Source of the DNA: a virus
Length of the DNA stretch: 64,000 nt
Strand: one strand, 5' to 3'
IMG/VR virus record: IMGVR_UViG_2860209820_000001
Shown here: positions 60,964 through 64,000 of the stretch, piece by piece
Layout: the number at the start of each line of letters is the position of its first letter
Position numbering within the stretch: the stretch's first letter is position 1
Translations under genes and position numbers: made by a program
Notes under the pieces: model-generated
What the model saw: only the letters and a program-made list of their open reading frames with translations
Database searches by the model: none
What the model was told of the DNA's origin: nothing

Positions 60964-62216
60964 TGCAGGCACCCGTCACGGATGAACAAGCAAGAGAGGC
61001 GGCCGAGGCTTTGGCCGCCCATGGCTCGCAGGTGAAGGCAGCAGCCGCTCTTGGCATCGCTCGCTCCACATTACAGAACCGACTGCGGGGAGGGGCTGGA
61101 GGCGCCGCCCCCAAGCCTGCCCCGCAACCGGCCACGCCTGCCGAGCTCGTGGTGGCCGATCGAAAGATCGTCCGCTTGCAGGACGAGGTGAATGACCTCC
61201 GCGCCAAGCTGCGCGAGGCACAGCGAGGCCATCTCGCCGATGAGGTCGTGCTTGATGCGCTGGGTGTTATGGGCGCTGCGCCTGAAAGCCCGCCTGATTG
61301 GTTGACGCGGATTCCGGCAGCATCAGCCACAAAGACGCCCGAAGTGCCCGTGACGATCTGGTCCGACTGGCACATGGGCGAGGTCGTAAGCCGCGATGAA
61401 GTCGGCGGCTGCAACGCCTACAACATTGAGATCGCCGAGCGACGGGTCCGGCGCCTTCTAGATGCCACGATCGACATCTGCGCCAACCACGGGCCGAAAA
61501 GCTATCCTGGTATCGTGGTCAATCTGCTCGGCGACTTTGTGTCGGGCGGGCTTCACCCGGAACTGGCAAAGACCGATGACGAGGAAGTCATCCCGGCCGC
61601 CCTTCGCTGCCGCGATCTGCTCATTGCTGGTCTGGAGCGCATGGCCGCGATCTTCGGCAAGGTCTACGTGCCCTGCACGGCGGGCAACCACGGCAGGGGC
61701 ACGCCGAAGCCGGAATTCAAGCGCTACGTCTACAAAAACTTTGATTGGCTGATTTATCAGCTCCTGCAAAGGCACTTCGCGGATGACCCGCGAGTGCAGA
61801 TTGACATCCGCGCCTCCAACGAGGTGCACTATCGGGTCTATGGCCAGCGGTATCTGGCCATGCATGGCGACATGCTGGGCGTGAAGGGTGGCGACGGGAT
61901 CATCGGTTCGATCGGGCCGATTATGCGTGGCGAGGTGAAGACCAGAGGCCAGGCGACGTCCCTCGGCAATGACTATGACATCCTGCTCATGGGCCATTGG
62001 CACCAGGAGCTTTGGTTGCCGCGTGCGATCGTCGCCAACACCCTCAAGGGGTTTGACGAGTATGCGAAGAACGCGCTTAGGGCGCCGCCAAGCGAACCCT
62101 CACAGCCGCTTTGGTTCGTCCATCCGACGCGTGGCATTACCAGTCGATGGGCGGTGAAGGTCGAGGAGCGGAAGGCTACGCCGGCGGACTGGGTATCTTG
62201 GCGGGAGGCGGCATGA
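60963..62216 (+). CDS. calcineurin-like metallophosphoesterase with N-terminal HTH and coiled coil
   Basis: SDWH, GDFVSG, GNHG, MHGD, GHWH; AAAALGIARSTLQNRL HTH. Confidence 0.85.
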   Translation: MQAPVTDEQAREAAEALAAHGSQVKAAAALGIARSTLQNRLRGGAGGAAPKPAPQPATPAELVVADRKIVRLQDEVNDLRAKLREAQRGHLADEVVLDALGVMGAAPESPPDWLTRIPAASATKTPEVPVTIWSDWHMGEVVSRDEVGGCNAYNIEIAERRVRRLLDATIDICANHGPKSYPGIVVNLLGDFVSGGLHPELAKTDDEEVIPAALRCRDLLIAGLERMAAIFGKVYVPCTAGNHGRGTPKPEFKRYVYKNFDWLIYQLLQRHFADDPRVQIDIRASNEVHYRVYGQRYLAMHGDMLGVKGGDGIIGSIGPIMRGEVKTRGQATSLGNDYDILLMGHWHQELWLPRAIVANTLKGFDEYAKNALRAPPSEPSQPLWFVHPTRGITSRWAVKVEERKATPADWVSWREAA

Positions 62217-62608
62217 TGTGCAACGCATGCCAAGGCGCCGGCCTGGCGCTGGAAGACCTTCGCCACGTGCCGGGCTTCATCTATCTCGCCACACCCTACA
62301 GCAAGTATGCGGCCGGCCTAGAGGCCGCCGCGACTGAAGCAAGCCGGATTGCCGCGCGCCTCATGGCGCGTGGCTTCCGCGTGCTGTCGCCCATTGCACA
62401 TAGCCACGCCGTTTCTGAGGCCGGCAGCCTGGATAAGATGGATCCGGATCTTTGGGCCTATCAGGACCGGCCGCTTCTGGATGCCGCGGCAGCTGTCGTG
62501 GTCGTGCTAATGCCGGGCTGGGCAGAGAGCGCGGGCGTCCGCGCCGAGATCGACATCGCGCGGAAACACCGCAAGCCTATCGTCTTTCTTCATCCGGAGC
62601 ATGCATGA
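62213..62608 (+). CDS. DUF1937-like (nucleoside 2-deoxyribosyltransferase-like fold) protein
   Basis: IYLATPYS, SPIAHSH, GWAESAGVRAEI. Confidence 0.75.
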   Translation: MMCNACQGAGLALEDLRHVPGFIYLATPYSKYAAGLEAAATEASRIAARLMARGFRVLSPIAHSHAVSEAGSLDKMDPDLWAYQDRPLLDAAAAVVVVLMPGWAESAGVRAEIDIARKHRKPIVFLHPEHA

Positions 62609-62895
62609 CCGAACCAATGAGGGCCGCGCTACTGCGCCAGGGGATCTCACTGACCTGCGGCTCGCGGGATGAGGAATACGGTCCACCCGCCGTGAACCTG
62701 GCATGCGCCGGCGAGCTCAAGCGTTTGATCCGGCGTTACGCGGCGCGTGAGATTGGGCCGGCCGAGCAAGAGGCGCTCGACATGGTGCTGACAAAGGTTG
62801 CCCGGCTCGTAACTGGCCAACCCAAACCGGACACCTACGTCGATGGCGCCACCTACTTCGCTATCGCGGGGGAGGTGGCGCTGTCTCCGCAGTAA
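62605..62895 (+). CDS. DUF6378-like protein
   Basis: RDEEYGPP, KVARL, DTYVDGATYFAIAGE. Confidence 0.7.
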   Translation: MTEPMRAALLRQGISLTCGSRDEEYGPPAVNLACAGELKRLIRRYAAREIGPAEQEALDMVLTKVARLVTGQPKPDTYVDGATYFAIAGEVALSPQ

Positions 62896-63564
62896 AGGTC
62901 AAGATGACACGCAGAAAGTATAAGCGCGGTATCTCGATACGCGCCAAGAACAGCGCGCTAGCAGAGAAAAGCTAAAACTTAGCAAAAGAAATCGTCCGGC
63001 TCGACACGCCAAACAGCTATTAGTTTCACCCCGCGACAAAATGTAACTACAGTGAACCAAATACCGCTTTGAGTTCATTAACTTTTGATACATATTCAGC
63101 CGGCTTGCGCGAAAAAGGTGCAAGTCGGGTTTGGAAGCCCGACCGACATTGGACCGGCGCCGACCTATGGGTCAGGCGCCGCGGGAGAGCCTTGCGCTCT
63201 GCCGTGGTCCAATGCCGCGGTCTTCCAACCTGCGGTTGCCTGGCCCACCAGGGTCGGGCTCTTTGCGGGGGCGGTTCTTTAAAATGGCACAGGGGAAGGA
63301 ATGCGCGGCACGCGGCGCGCAAACGGAGGATTGCGAGTCACTCTTAGTGGCGCTTGTCGAGTCCCTCTTAATCATCGGGCATGATGGCGAGCATGTGCAC
63401 GCGGAGATCGCGATGACATTCGAACTGCACGAGCGGCTGGAGGCGTGGTGGGCAGATAGTTGCACCTGCTGAGACTGTAAGCGCTCTCAGCATCGCAAGC
63501 TTTGCCTTAGAAGGGTTTTGCATTATTCTCTGATGTGGGGCGAGCCTTGCGATCGGGGGATGGC

Positions 63565-63813
63565 ATGGATCTAGAGACAGTCCGCTGGCAGTTGAAATGG
63601 GCCGATCGCGCGATTCGCAATAGCGAAATGCGGATCGCTCGGCTGATCGAGTTGCGCGAAACTCTGCGGCAAAGGGGTTGTGATCAGAAGAAGGTCGATC
63701 TGGCCATTCAACGCGAGGAGAAGGAGCAGGCCACTCATCGCATGGATCAGTCGCGCCTTGCGGCAATGGTGGTTCACTTTGAACAGCAGATGAGCGTGCG
63801 GCGGGCCGTCTAA
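63565..63813 (+). CDS. hypothetical coiled-coil protein
   Basis: 82 aa; GGGGA RBS. Confidence 0.5.
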   Translation: MDLETVRWQLKWADRAIRNSEMRIARLIELRETLRQRGCDQKKVDLAIQREEKEQATHRMDQSRLAAMVVHFEQQMSVRRAV

Positions 63814-64000
63814 ATTGGGCCCTCGTCGTCGTTCTTGACGCCTCTCGCCACGATCTGCAATGAGCCATCCGGCAACGGGCGCTGTAGGGCCCTGGCCTCG
63901 CTCCAGGGCGCTCGCATCCAGATATCCCGATCCTCCTCGGTGGTGAGGATGACGGGCATCGCCTTGGGATGGATTGCGCCCACTTCGGCGTTCGGGTCCG
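63810..64000 (-). CDS. SOS response-associated peptidase (SRAP/YedK) C-terminus, partial
   Basis: Manual translation ...[44 protein letters not shown]... Confidence 0.85.
   Translation of the reverse strand, partial: DPNAEVGAIHPKAMPVILTTEEDRDIWMRAPWSEARALQRPLPDGSLQIVARGVKNDDEGPI

Larger units (their letters stand above)
1..62895. mobile_element. prophage (lambdoid early region, lambda-like head, P2-like contractile tail); boundaries not resolved
   Basis: Continuous phage gene order. No integrase or att seen; the left end lies outside the window and the right end is approximate. Confidence 0.9.

Noticed and set aside
8654-62216. Many ORFs ending in EAA*/AA* as ClpX degrons in their own right
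   Set aside because: GAG GCG GCA TGA simultaneously supplies the GGAGG RBS and ATGA overlap for the next gene, which explains these ends. Only the ANDN-containing tails were kept.
62899-63123. ORF 62899..63123 (-) in a low-GC patch
   Set aside because: No RBS or motif and it overlaps the putative promoter region of the candidate sRNA; coding status unsupported
62895-64000. attR / prophage right boundary
   Set aside because: No tRNA or tmRNA fragment and no direct repeat could be paired because the left end is outside the window

Overview
The window is almost entirely one lambdoid-type prophage of an alphaproteobacterium. Rhizobiales-like host is inferred from high GC and ANDN-type protein tails. 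No integrase or att site is visible; the leftward early operon runs off the left edge. Order: leftward accessory operon (1-6.3 kb); PL-cI-PR immunity switch (6.3-7.1 kb); rightward early operon with a Bro-N antirepressor; recombination/replication genes (AAA_24, DUF669 SSB, DnaN clamp, Gp157, Cas4-like nuclease, helicase, two MTases, primase-polymerase, AT-rich ori); hicAB; a Q-like regulator; tRNA-Tyr and tRNA-Thr; lambda-like head genes; P2-like contractile tail; GH19 lysis cassette; a protease/phosphoesterase cluster; and a partial SRAP gene at the right edge. Top finding: a TIGR-Tas-like RNA-guided locus at 8.66-10.24 kb. Twelve stem-loop units with consensus stem-GGCCA-N9-CGCAACCCA-N9-CGCC-stem flank and partly overlap a nuclease-less IS110/Nop-domain gene (TasA-like). 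Second finding: five phage proteins end in genome-encoded mimics of the alphaproteobacterial tmRNA degradation tag (ANDN...AA/CA). Also noted: a methyltransferase split at a G7 tract and several uncharacterised highly structured non-coding segments. All protein family calls come from motif recognition by eye, not database searches.
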